NCBI GenBank assembly: GCA_947584295.1
Contig: CANPWM010000002.1
Span: 7,937-71,936, forward strand
Origin: an uncultured Oscillospiraceae bacterium
GTDB lineage: Bacteria; Bacillota; Clostridia; Oscillospirales; Oscillospiraceae
Reading direction: 5' to 3'
DNA length: 64,000 nt
This document shows, piece after piece, positions 25,434 through 34,061 of the stretch. Both the position numbers and the translations under genes were made by a program. A model generated the notes under the pieces. That model was not told the DNA's origin. It ran no database searches and was given only the letters and a program-made list of their open reading frames with translations. Position 1 is the first letter of the stretch. Each line of letters starts with the position of its first letter.

Positions 25434-25446
25434 GGAGGTATCGTCT

Positions 25447-27264
25447 ATGTGTGGGATCGCTGGACAGATCGGCGGGGAGATCCAGCCGCTTCTGTCTGTT
25501 TTCGGGGATATGCAGGCCTCGCTCTCCCGGCGGGGGCCGGATCAGCGGGGAATGGCGCTGTCGGACACGGCGGCGCTGATCCACGCCCGGCTGGCGGTGA
25601 TGGATCCGGAGAACGGGCGGCAGCCCATGGTCTACGGCCCCTTCACCCTCCTCTACAACGGGGAGCTTTACAACACGCCGGAGCTGCGCCGGGAGCTGAC
25701 GGCCCTGGGCCACGGCTTTGAGACGCGCTCGGATACGGAGGTGCTGCTCCACGCCTTCGCCCAGTGGGGCGAGGGGGCGGTGGATAAGCTCAACGGCATC
25801 TATGCCTTTGCGGTGTGGGACGCCCAGCGCCGCCGGGTCTTTCTCTGCCGGGATCGTATGGGCGTCAAGCCCCTTTTCTACGCCCGCCGCCGGGGGGCGC
25901 TGCTGTTCGCCTCGGAGCTGAAGGCCCTGCTGCGCCACCCCTGGGTGGAGCCGGAGGTCACCCGCCAGGGGCTGGCGGAGCTTCTGCTGTTGGGGCCGGG
26001 CCGGGTGCCGGGGAGCGGCGTATTCAAGGACATTTTTGAGCTTCTCCCCGGCCAGTGCGGCTTCTTTGAGCCGGACACCGGCGCGCTGACCCTCCGCCGG
26101 TACTGGCGCCTCACCGACGCGCCCTGCCAGGACACCTTCCCCCAAGCGGCGGAGAAGGTGCGGGCGCTGGTGACCGACGCCATCACCCGCCAGCTTGTGT
26201 CCGACGTGCCGCTGTGTACCTTCCTGTCCGGGGGGCTGGACTCCTCCCTGATCTCCGCCGTGGCCGACGGGGAATACGTCCGGGCGGGCCGCAGTCTGGA
26301 CACGGTCTCGGTGGACTATTTGGACAACGCCCGGTATTTCAGGGCCGGGAAATTCCAGCCCACAGCGGATCCCGCCTTCATTGAGATCATGGCCAATTTC
26401 CTCCACGGCCGCCACCACCTGATCACCCTGGACACCCCGGAGCTGGTGTCCGCGCTCTACGAGGCCGTGGAGGCCCGGGATCTGCCGGGCATGGCGGACG
26501 TAGACTCCTCCCTCCTCCTCTTCTGCCGGGAGATCAAAAAGCTGGCCACCGTGGCCGTCTCCGGGGAGTGCGCCGACGAGATCTTCGGCGGCTACCCCTG
26601 GTACCGGGATCCCACGATCCGGGAGCGGGAGGGCTTCCCCTGGGCCCAGTCCACGGCCTGGCGGGCCTCCTTCGTAAAGGACGGCGTGCTGGACGTGGAA
26701 CCCGGCGAATTTGTGGACTACTATTACCGCAAGACCTGCCGGGAGAGCGATATTCTCCCCGGCACAAGCCCCCTGGAAACCCGCATGAAGCAGATGATGA
26801 ACCTGAACGTGGACTGGTTCATGCAGACGCTTTTAGACCGCAAGGACCGCATGAGCATGTGGTCCAGCCTGGAGGTGCGCGTCCCCTTCTGCGACCACCG
26901 CATCGCGGAGTATCTCTACACCGTCCCCTGGGCGTACAAGGATCACGGCGGGGTGGAAAAGGGCCTTCTGCGGGAGGCCATGCGGGGCGTACTGCCGGAG
27001 GAGGTCCTCTGGCGCAAGAAAAGCCCCTACCCCAAGACCCACAACCCGGCCTACCTCCAGGCGGTGAACCGGGAGCTGGAGGCGGTCATCGCGGACAGGA
27101 GCCAGCCCCTCCACGACCTTGTCCGGGAGGACGCGCTGCGGGCGCTGATGGTCTCCGACCGGGCCGTTCCCTGGTACGGCCAGCTGATGACCACCCCCCA
27201 GACCGTGGCCTGGTTCTTGCAGCTCAACCACTGGCTGAAAACATACAAGGTGAAAATCCTCTGA
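25447..27264 (+). CDS. asnB: asparagine synthase (glutamine-hydrolysing)
   Basis: Starts MCGIAG (the Ntn Cys2 nucleophile requires this start). SGGLDSS PP-loop motif. Confidence 0.9.
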   Translation: MCGIAGQIGGEIQPLLSVFGDMQASLSRRGPDQRGMALSDTAALIHARLAVMDPENGRQPMVYGPFTLLYNGELYNTPELRRELTALGHGFETRSDTEVLLHAFAQWGEGAVDKLNGIYAFAVWDAQRRRVFLCRDRMGVKPLFYARRRGALLFASELKALLRHPWVEPEVTRQGLAELLLLGPGRVPGSGVFKDIFELLPGQCGFFEPDTGALTLRRYWRLTDAPCQDTFPQAAEKVRALVTDAITRQLVSDVPLCTFLSGGLDSSLISAVADGEYVRAGRSLDTVSVDYLDNARYFRAGKFQPTADPAFIEIMANFLHGRHHLITLDTPELVSALYEAVEARDLPGMADVDSSLLLFCREIKKLATVAVSGECADEIFGGYPWYRDPTIREREGFPWAQSTAWRASFVKDGVLDVEPGEFVDYYYRKTCRESDILPGTSPLETRMKQMMNLNVDWFMQTLLDRKDRMSMWSSLEVRVPFCDHRIAEYLYTVPWAYKDHGGVEKGLLREAMRGVLPEEVLWRKKSPYPKTHNPAYLQAVNRELEAVIADRSQPLHDLVREDALRALMVSDRAVPWYGQLMTTPQTVAWFLQLNHWLKTYKVKIL

Positions 27265-27318
27265 AAAGCCGAAATGCCGCGGCTCCCCTTTCCGGGGAGC
27301 CGCGGGGCCGCGTAAAGG

Positions 27319-27352
27319 AAAGCGGATATCCGAAAGGAATATCCGCTTTGCC
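27319..27352 (+). terminator. hairpin terminator between asnB and trkH
   Basis: GCGGATATCC-gaaa-GGAATATCCGC followed by TTTGCCGTTTGTTT. A second GC hairpin without a T-run lies at 27276-27305. Confidence 0.6.
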
Positions 27353-27393
27353 GTTTGTTTACAAAAAATTAATTATTTTTATAATATTTTTAC

Positions 27394-27422
27394 TTGACAT
27401 ATGGGGGAGCGTATGGTATAAT
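27394..27422 (+). promoter_or_regulatory. near-consensus sigma-A promoter (copy A), antisense to trkH
   Basis: ACAAAAAATTAATTATTTTTATAATATTTTTA-CTTGACA-17 bp-TGGTATAAT. The predicted TSS is about 26 nt outside the trkH stop (27455), pointing into trkH. 39/41 identity of UP+-35 with copy B. Confidence 0.6.
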
Positions 27423-27454
27423 CCAAAGCGTAGGGGGAAGTGCGCCTATCGGGG

Positions 27455-28894
27455 TCACTTCCGCCAGGTGGCGGGGCGGAGCATCAGCAGCAGAGGGAAG
27501 ATCTCCAGGCGTCCGGCCAGCATATCGAACATCAGCACCAGCTTTGACAGGGCCGAGTAGTCGCCGAAGTTCCCGGAGGGCCCCACCAGGCTCAGGCCGG
27601 GGCCGATGTTGTTCAGGGTAGCGGCCACGGCGGAAAAGTTGGTGGTGAAGTCGAAGTTATCTATGCTGATGATGAGCATGGAGCCGAAAAACACGGCGAT
27701 ATACGCCAGGAGCCAGCTGTTGACCGAGTGGATCATGCGGCTCTCCAGCGCCTTGCCGTCCAGGCGCACCACGGTGACGGAGCGGGGGTGGATCATGCGC
27801 CGCAGCTCCCTGCCGATGCTCTTGAAGTACATCAGCACCCGGCTGACCTTGATGCCGCCGCCGGTGGAACCGGCGCAGGCACCCACGAACATAAGGCAGA
27901 TGAGGACCGTCTTGGAGAAGGTGGGCCACAGGTCAAAATCCACGCTGGTGAAGCCCGTGGTGGTCATGATGGAGGAACACTGGAAGGCGGCGTGGAGAAG
28001 GGCGTAGCCCGGATCCGCGCCCCCCTGGGCCATCAGGTTCACCGTCACCAGGGCCATGGCCGCCAGGAAGATCAGCAGGTACCCCCGCACCTCCTCCATA
28101 GCCAGGGCGGAGCGGAACTTGCGGATCAGCAGGAAGAAGTAGAAGTTGAAATTGACGCCGAAGGCGAACATGAACACCGTCACCACGATCTGGACGAAGG
28201 GGGAGTAGCTGGCGAAGGAATCGTTGAGGATACCGAAGCCGCCGGTACCGGCGGTGCCGAAGGAGACGCACAGGGCGGAGAAGAGATCCAGCTTCCCTAT
28301 AAGGAGGATCCCCACCTCCAGGAGCGTCATGCCCAGGTAGATGCCGTAGAGGTACACGGCGGTCCTCTGGAGCCGCGGCACCAGCTTGCCCACGCTGGGG
28401 CCGGGGGACTCGGCGCGCATGATGAGGATACTCTGGCCGCCGGCCATGGGCAGCAGGGCCAGCAGGAACACCAAAACGCCCATGCCGCCGATCCAGTGGG
28501 TGAAGCTGCGCCAGAAAAGGAGCGAGCGGGGCATGGCCTCCACGTCGGAGAGGATAGACGCGCCGGTGGTGGTAAAGCCGGACACCACCTCGAAAAGCGC
28601 GTCCACAAAGCGGGGGATACACCCGGAGATGAAAAAGGGCAGCGCCCCGGCCAGGGACAGGAAGATCCACGAAAGCGCCGTGGCCACAAAGCCCTCCCGG
28701 GCGTAAAACGCCTGATTTTTCGGCCTTTTCGCGGCCATTGCCACCCCCGGCAGGGCCGTGGCGGCGATGGCGATCAGGTAGTCCAAGGCGTAAGGCTCGC
28801 CGTAGCCCAGGCACAGGCCCAGGGGGATCAGCAGAAAGGCCGCCTCGATGCACAGCACCCAGCCCACCAGCCAGCGGATAAAGGAATAGTTCAT
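27455..28894 (-). CDS. trkH: TrkH/KtrB family potassium uptake membrane protein
   Basis: 479 aa, multi-TM, with repeated selectivity-filter-like TTTGF/GTAGTGGFG/STGGGIK segments. Confidence 0.9.
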   Translation of the reverse strand: MNYSFIRWLVGWVLCIEAAFLLIPLGLCLGYGEPYALDYLIAIAATALPGVAMAAKRPKNQAFYAREGFVATALSWIFLSLAGALPFFISGCIPRFVDALFEVVSGFTTTGASILSDVEAMPRSLLFWRSFTHWIGGMGVLVFLLALLPMAGGQSILIMRAESPGPSVGKLVPRLQRTAVYLYGIYLGMTLLEVGILLIGKLDLFSALCVSFGTAGTGGFGILNDSFASYSPFVQIVVTVFMFAFGVNFNFYFFLLIRKFRSALAMEEVRGYLLIFLAAMALVTVNLMAQGGADPGYALLHAAFQCSSIMTTTGFTSVDFDLWPTFSKTVLICLMFVGACAGSTGGGIKVSRVLMYFKSIGRELRRMIHPRSVTVVRLDGKALESRMIHSVNSWLLAYIAVFFGSMLIISIDNFDFTTNFSAVAATLNNIGPGLSLVGPSGNFGDYSALSKLVLMFDMLAGRLEIFPLLLMLRPATWRK

Positions 28895-28907
28895 AGCTCT
28901 CTCCGCC

Positions 28908-30278
28908 TCACTTCAGGATATCGTTGATGGACTGGAGCTTCCGGGCGGTGGTGACCAGCACCACGGTGTCGCCCTGGCGGATCTGGTCGTTGCCGCGGGG
29001 AATGATGAGCTGGCCGCCCCGGTAGATACAGCAGATCAGCAGGTCGGGGATCATGCGGGGGCGCAGCTCGGAGAGGGGGACGTTGGTAACGGCGCTGTCG
29101 GCGTTGATGTGGAATTCCAGCGCCTCCACGCGCCTGCCCGCCAGGTAGTAGAGGGACTCGATGTTGCTGGAGTCGGAGGAGTTGGACATGGCCCGCACAT
29201 ACCGGAGTATGCTGTACGCCGTGATCTCCTTGGGGTTGATGATGCTCCCTACGGGCAGCTCCTCGGTGACCTCGGTGAAGCCGAAGGTGGACACCTTGGT
29301 GATGGCCCGGACCTGGGAGATCTTCTTGGCGTACAGGGCCAGGAGGATATTCTCCTCGTCCATATCCGTCAGCGGCACGAACACGTCCTCGCCGGTGATG
29401 CCCTCCTCCAGCAGCAGCTGGCGGTCGATGGCGTCGCCGCAGATGATCTCCGCCCCGGGCAGCTGGGCGGAGAGGCCCTCGCACACGGCCCTATTCTTCT
29501 CGATGATCTTCACCCGGCTGCCGGAGGCCAGCAGCATATCCGCCAGGTAGTAGCCCGTCCTGCCCCCACCGATGATCATGACGTTCCGGGTGGGCCTGGT
29601 CTGGAAGCCCAGGCGCTTGAAGAGCGTCGCCATCTCCCGGGGCGGGGTGATGATGTAGATCCTGTCCCCGGCCTTCAGGACGGTGTCGCCGCGGGGGATC
29701 TCCACCTCACGGGTGCGGCCCCGCTCCAGGATACAGATCAGCGTCCCCTTAGATATCTTCCCGGGGAAGTCCATCACCTTGATATTGTCCGCCGGGGAAC
29801 CCTCGGGTATGATGATCTCGATCATATTCACCCGGCCCTTGGCAAAGGACTCGTGGGTTTGGGCGCCGGGGATCTGGATAAGGTCGAAGATCTCCCCGGC
29901 GGTGGCGGACTCGGGGTTTATGGCCATGGACAGGCCCAGCTCGTCCTTGAGCAGATTGATCTCCCGGTAGTAGACGGGGTTGCGCACGCGGGCGATGGTC
30001 TGACAGCCGGAGAGCTTCTTGGCCATAAGACAGCACAGCATATTGACCTCGTCCTGGTCGGTGACGGCGATCAGCAGATGGGCGGAGGCGATGCCCGCCT
30101 CCTCCAGTATCTCATGGGAGACACCGTTGCCGGCGATGCCCTGCACGTCTATCTTTTCCAGGGCGGAGTTGAGCCTTTCGGCGTTGGTGTCGATGAGGGT
30201 GATCTGATGCCCCTCGGCGTTGAGATTGTCCGCCAGCGAATAGCCCACGCCGCCGGCCCCCACAATGATGATGTTCAA
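28908..30278 (-). CDS. trkA: Trk system potassium uptake protein TrkA (tandem RCK)
   Basis: Two Rossmann motifs (IIIVGAGGVGYSLA and IIGGGRTGYYLA). TTG start at 30278 with an AGGAGG SD 8 nt upstream; the longer ORF to 30587 has no homology-like N-terminus. Confidence 0.85.
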   Translation of the reverse strand: MNIIIVGAGGVGYSLADNLNAEGHQITLIDTNAERLNSALEKIDVQGIAGNGVSHEILEEAGIASAHLLIAVTDQDEVNMLCCLMAKKLSGCQTIARVRNPVYYREINLLKDELGLSMAINPESATAGEIFDLIQIPGAQTHESFAKGRVNMIEIIIPEGSPADNIKVMDFPGKISKGTLICILERGRTREVEIPRGDTVLKAGDRIYIITPPREMATLFKRLGFQTRPTRNVMIIGGGRTGYYLADMLLASGSRVKIIEKNRAVCEGLSAQLPGAEIICGDAIDRQLLLEEGITGEDVFVPLTDMDEENILLALYAKKISQVRAITKVSTFGFTEVTEELPVGSIINPKEITAYSILRYVRAMSNSSDSSNIESLYYLAGRRVEALEFHINADSAVTNVPLSELRPRMIPDLLICCIYRGGQLIIPRGNDQIRQGDTVVLVTTARKLQSINDILK

Positions 30279-30408
30279 GGACGGTTCCTCCTGAAACGCA
30301 CATTTTTCTATTTTGCATTGTAGCACAAAGCAAAAATATTTCAACCCTTGACGCCGGTTTTTGCGGGTGTAAAATACAAATGATACAGGTACGCGGGGAG
30401 GCGCGATC

Positions 30409-31089
30409 ATGCGGTACGACAATATCCGGGCGGGCGTTTTTCTCAGCCGCCCCAACCGATTCATCGCCCATGTGGACGTGGACGGGCGCACGGAGGTCTG
30501 CCACGTCAAAAATACGGGCCGCTGCCGGGAGCTGCTTGTCCCCGGGGCCGCCGTGTGGCTGACGGAGAGCGCCAACAGCGCCCGCAAGACCCGCTATGAC
30601 CTGGTGGCCGTCCAAAAGGGCGAACGGCTCATCAACATGGACGCCGCCGCCCCCAACCGGGTCTTTGGGGAGTACCTGGCCGCCGGTCTCCTGCTCCCCT
30701 CCCCCACCCTCATAAGGCCGGAGACGCGCTTCGGGGACTCCCGGCTGGACTTCTACGTGGAAAACGGCGAGTCCCGCGCCTTCTGCGAGGTCAAGGGCGT
30801 GACCCTGGAGCGGGACGGCGCCGCCCTTTTCCCGGACGCGCCCACCGAACGCGGCGTCCGGCACCTGGGGGAGCTTGCCCGGTGCGTGGAGGCCGGCTTT
30901 TCCGCCTGGGCCGTCTTTGTGATCCAGATGGAGGGCGTAGACTATTTCGCCCCCAACCGGGAGACCCACCCCGCCTTCGCCGACGCCTTACGGGCCGCCC
31001 GGGACGCCGGCGTACACCTCCTGGCCCTGGATTGCCGCGTCACCCCGGACAGCCTTACCGCCCGGAAGCAGGTGGAGATCCGCCTGTGA
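30409..31089 (+). CDS. sfsA: sugar fermentation stimulation protein SfsA
   Basis: 226 aa. RPNRFIAHVDVDGR...CHVKNTGRCRELL and FCEVKGVTL pattern. Confidence 0.9.
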   Translation: MRYDNIRAGVFLSRPNRFIAHVDVDGRTEVCHVKNTGRCRELLVPGAAVWLTESANSARKTRYDLVAVQKGERLINMDAAAPNRVFGEYLAAGLLLPSPTLIRPETRFGDSRLDFYVENGESRAFCEVKGVTLERDGAALFPDAPTERGVRHLGELARCVEAGFSAWAVFVIQMEGVDYFAPNRETHPAFADALRAARDAGVHLLALDCRVTPDSLTARKQVEIRL

Positions 31090-31245
31090 CACGCCCCTCC
31101 CCGGGCCGGAAAAAACTTTTTCCTCGTCAAAAAATTATCAATTCTTTCCATTTTGTCACATTTTGAGCAGATTTTCCTGCGAAAAAACGGAGAAAAAGTC
31201 CGTTTTTGGCGTCTTTTGCGGTCAAAATGTTTCTTACAGGGTAAA

Positions 31246-31294
31246 CCCCTGTATATTGTGTTATGCCAAATGTCAAAAACACAATATATGCTGT
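31246..31294 (+). promoter_or_regulatory. tandem NrdR boxes
   Basis: Box 1 CCCCTGTATATTGTGT (31246-31261) and box 2 ACACAATATATGCTGT (31279-31294) both fit the acaCwAtATaTwGtgt palindrome. Centres are about 33 bp apart, just upstream of the nrdD promoter. Confidence 0.75.
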
Positions 31295-31301
31295 TTCGCT
31301 C

Positions 31302-31330
31302 TTGACAACCCCCCCAAACCGTGATATAGT
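31302..31330 (+). promoter_or_regulatory. sigma-A promoter of nrdD
   Basis: TTGACA (31302-31307), 17 bp, TGA-TATAGT (31325-31330). Confidence 0.7.
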
Positions 31331-31455
31331 TTATCGTACGCCGGTCTTGGAAAGGGCCGGATCGCACCACGTCAAGGGCCGGATCGCATCACGCTGCTGC
31401 CTCCGCCCGCGCGGGGCGGAGACAGGATAACCACCTAACAAAAGGGGAGACAGAT

Positions 31456-33654
31456 ATGAAGATCATCAAGCGAAACGGCGCGGAGATGGATTTTGACATC
31501 AAGAAGATCGAGAACGCCATCAGCAAGGCCAATATGTCCGTGGAGGAGTCGTCCCGCATGACGCCCCTCCAGATCCGGCGCATATCCGAGTCCGTGGCCC
31601 TGGACTGCGAAAACATGGGCCGAAGCCCCTCCGTGGAGGAGATACAGGATCTGGTGGAGAAGCAGATCATGGCCCACGGGGCCTTTGAGGTGGCCAAGAA
31701 CTACATCACCTACCGCTACACCAGGAGCCTGGTGCGCCAGAGCAACACCACCGACGAGAAGATCCTCTCCCTCATCGAGTGCTGCAACGAGGAGGCCAAG
31801 CAGGAGAACTCCAACAAGAACCCCGTGGTCAACTCCACCCAGCGCGACTACATGGCCGGTGAGGTCAGCCGCGACCTCTCCGAGCGCATCCTTCTCCCCC
31901 GGGACATCGTGGAGGCCCACGAGGCCGGGATCATTCACTTCCACGACACCGACTATTACGCTCAGCATATGCACAACTGCGACCTGGTGAACCTGGAGGA
32001 TATGCTCCAGAACGGCACCGTCATCACCGGCACCCTTATCGAGCGTCCCCACAGCTTCTCCACCGCCTGCAACATCGCCACGCAGATCATCGCCCAGGTG
32101 GCCTCCAACCAGTACGGCGGCCAGTCCATCTCCCTTACGCATCTGGCCCCCTTTGTGGACGTGAGCCGCCGGAAGATCCGCAAGGTGGTGGAAAACGAGC
32201 TGGTGACTCTGGGCGTCAACCCCGAAGAGGATAAGATCCAGAAGATCGTGGAGGACAGGCTCCTGGAGGAGATCCGCCGGGGCGTCCAGACTATCCAGTA
32301 CCAGGTGGTCACCCTGCTCACCACCAACGGGCAGGCCCCCTTCGTCACCGTGTTCATGTATCTGGGCGAGGCCCGCTCTGAGCGGGAGCGGGAGGATCTG
32401 GCCCTGATCATCAGGGAGGTCCTGCTCCAGCGCTACGAGGGCACCAAGAACGAGGACGGCGTATGGGTCACCCCCGCCTTCCCCAAGCTCATCTACGTTC
32501 TGGAGGAGGACAACATCACCGAGGGATCCCGGTATTGGGAGCTTACAAAGCTGGCGGCCAAATGCACCGCCCGCCGCATGGTCCCCGACTACATCAGCGA
32601 GAAGAAGATGCTGGAGCTTAAAGGCGACGTCTACACCTGCATGGGCTGCCGCTCCTTCCTGACCCCCGACCGCTTCACCGACGCGGGCGTGGGCAACATC
32701 GCCAACGCCGGAAACTACGAGCCGGGCAAGCACAAATACTACGGCCGTTTCAACCAGGGCGTGGTCACCATCAATCTCCCCGACGTGGCCCTCTCCTCCG
32801 GCGGCAATATGGACAAGTTCTGGAGCATCTTTGAGGAGCGCCTGGAGCTGTGCCACCGGGCCCTGCGGTGCCGTCACGAGCGGCTTCTGGGCACCCCCTC
32901 CGACGTGGCCCCCATTCTCTGGCAGCACGGCGCCCTGGCCCGCCTGGAAAAAGGCGAACCCATCGACAGGCTCCTCTACGGCGGCTACTCCACTATCTCC
33001 TTGGGCTACGCCGGTCTTTATGAGTGTGTCAAGTACATGACCGGCAGATCCCACACCGACCCGGAGGCCACCCCCTTCGCCCTGGCGGTGATGCAGAAGA
33101 TGAACGACAAGTGCAAGGAGTGGAAGACGGCGGAGAACATCGACTACTCCCTCTACGGCACGCCCCTGGAGTCCACCACCTACAAGTTCGCCAAGTGCCT
33201 CCAGCGCCGCTTCGGCATCATCGAGGGCATCACCGACAAGGGCTACATCACCAACTCCTACCACGTCCACGTCACCGAGCAGATCGACGCTTTCACCAAG
33301 CTCAAATTCGAGTCCGAGTTCCAGGCCCTCTCCCCCGGCGGCGCCATCAGCTACGTGGAGGTGCCGGATATGCAGAACAACCTGGAGGCCGTTTTGCAGG
33401 TGATGCGGTTCATCTACGACAACATCATCTACGCCGAGCTGAACACCAAGTCCGACTACTGCCAGTGCTGCGGCTGGGACGGCGAGATCGACATCGTGGA
33501 GGAGGACGGCAAGCTCATCTGGAAATGCCCCAAGTGCGGCAACACCGACCAGAACAAGATGAACGTGGCCCGGCGCACCTGCGGCTACATCGGCACCCAG
33601 TTCTGGAACCAGGGCCGGACCCAGGAGATCAGAGACCGGGTACTCCACCTTTAA
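31456..33654 (+). CDS. nrdD: anaerobic ribonucleoside-triphosphate reductase
   Basis: 732 aa. N-terminal ATP-cone (MKIIKRNGAEMDFDIKKI), C-terminal Zn ribbon CQCCGW...CPKCG and glycyl radical motif RTCGYIG. Confidence 0.95.
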   Translation: MKIIKRNGAEMDFDIKKIENAISKANMSVEESSRMTPLQIRRISESVALDCENMGRSPSVEEIQDLVEKQIMAHGAFEVAKNYITYRYTRSLVRQSNTTDEKILSLIECCNEEAKQENSNKNPVVNSTQRDYMAGEVSRDLSERILLPRDIVEAHEAGIIHFHDTDYYAQHMHNCDLVNLEDMLQNGTVITGTLIERPHSFSTACNIATQIIAQVASNQYGGQSISLTHLAPFVDVSRRKIRKVVENELVTLGVNPEEDKIQKIVEDRLLEEIRRGVQTIQYQVVTLLTTNGQAPFVTVFMYLGEARSEREREDLALIIREVLLQRYEGTKNEDGVWVTPAFPKLIYVLEEDNITEGSRYWELTKLAAKCTARRMVPDYISEKKMLELKGDVYTCMGCRSFLTPDRFTDAGVGNIANAGNYEPGKHKYYGRFNQGVVTINLPDVALSSGGNMDKFWSIFEERLELCHRALRCRHERLLGTPSDVAPILWQHGALARLEKGEPIDRLLYGGYSTISLGYAGLYECVKYMTGRSHTDPEATPFALAVMQKMNDKCKEWKTAENIDYSLYGTPLESTTYKFAKCLQRRFGIIEGITDKGYITNSYHVHVTEQIDAFTKLKFESEFQALSPGGAISYVEVPDMQNNLEAVLQVMRFIYDNIIYAELNTKSDYCQCCGWDGEIDIVEEDGKLIWKCPKCGNTDQNKMNVARRTCGYIGTQFWNQGRTQEIRDRVLHL

Positions 33655-33913
33655 TACTAATATCTAATTAAAATAAGACATTCGCGCCGGTCTTTTTTCG
33701 TCCTCGCACGAGCCGCTTAACCTCGGGCTGCAAGTATTCGCCCTCAGGCGCTGGCTCGGCTCGGCCTCTCCCCATCGGGCAGCGGCCCGATGGGGGCCCC
33801 GGATACTGCGTCAGCCGCCTTGGGAATACATACAGTATTCCCTGCGGTGTCTTCCTTGCCTGACACGAAAAATCCTCGCCGCTCGGTGTCTCCTTTTAAA
33901 TAGATATTAGTAT
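33654..33913. mobile_element. MITE-like 260-bp insertion between nrdD and nrdG
   Basis: Terminal inverted repeats ATACTAATATCTAATTAAAA (33654-33673) and TTTTAAATAGATATTAGTAT (33894-33913) match 19/20. The interior holds an R2 copy and a GGGAATAC-atac-AGTATTCCC hairpin; no ORF. Confidence 0.65.
33699..33800 (+). repeat. R2 structured repeat, copy d
   Basis: CGTCCTCGCA-CGAGCCG...CGGCTCG-GCCTCTCCCC-ATCGGGCagcgGCCCGATGGGGGCCCC. Confidence 0.8.
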
Positions 33914-33922
33914 CAAACTAAC

Positions 33923-33956
33923 CGTTCCCGGGGCGCAAGTCCCGGGAAACGTTTTA
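33923..33956 (+). terminator. intrinsic terminator/attenuator between nrdD and nrdG
   Basis: CGTTCCCGGG-gcgcaagt-CCCGGGAAACG followed by TTTT. Confidence 0.65.
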
Positions 33957-34061
33957 AAAAACAAAATCGAAGCCCAGCGCAGCGGGTTCGATTTTGAGAG
34001 GAGGAATGAACACAGCGCCTGAGCCGTCACGCCCGCGCGGCGGCGAGGCAAAGCGTGTTCA

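Noticed and set aside
25345-25446. A T-box leader for asnB
   Set aside because: The leader is too short (about 100 nt). It lacks the specifier-loop architecture and the conserved T-box sequence (AAnnGGGTGGTACCGCG-like).
30279-30408. A c-di-AMP (ydaO-type) riboswitch upstream of trkA-trkH
   Set aside because: The spacer is only 130 bp and is fully accounted for by two divergent promoters (TTGAAA-16/17-TACAAT for trkA, TTGACG-17-TAAAAT for sfsA). No ydaO-like conserved segments are present.
31331-31455. A cobalamin riboswitch in the nrdD leader
   Set aside because: There is no B12 box (GCCACTG-like) or the conserved multi-helix core, and the length is too short.
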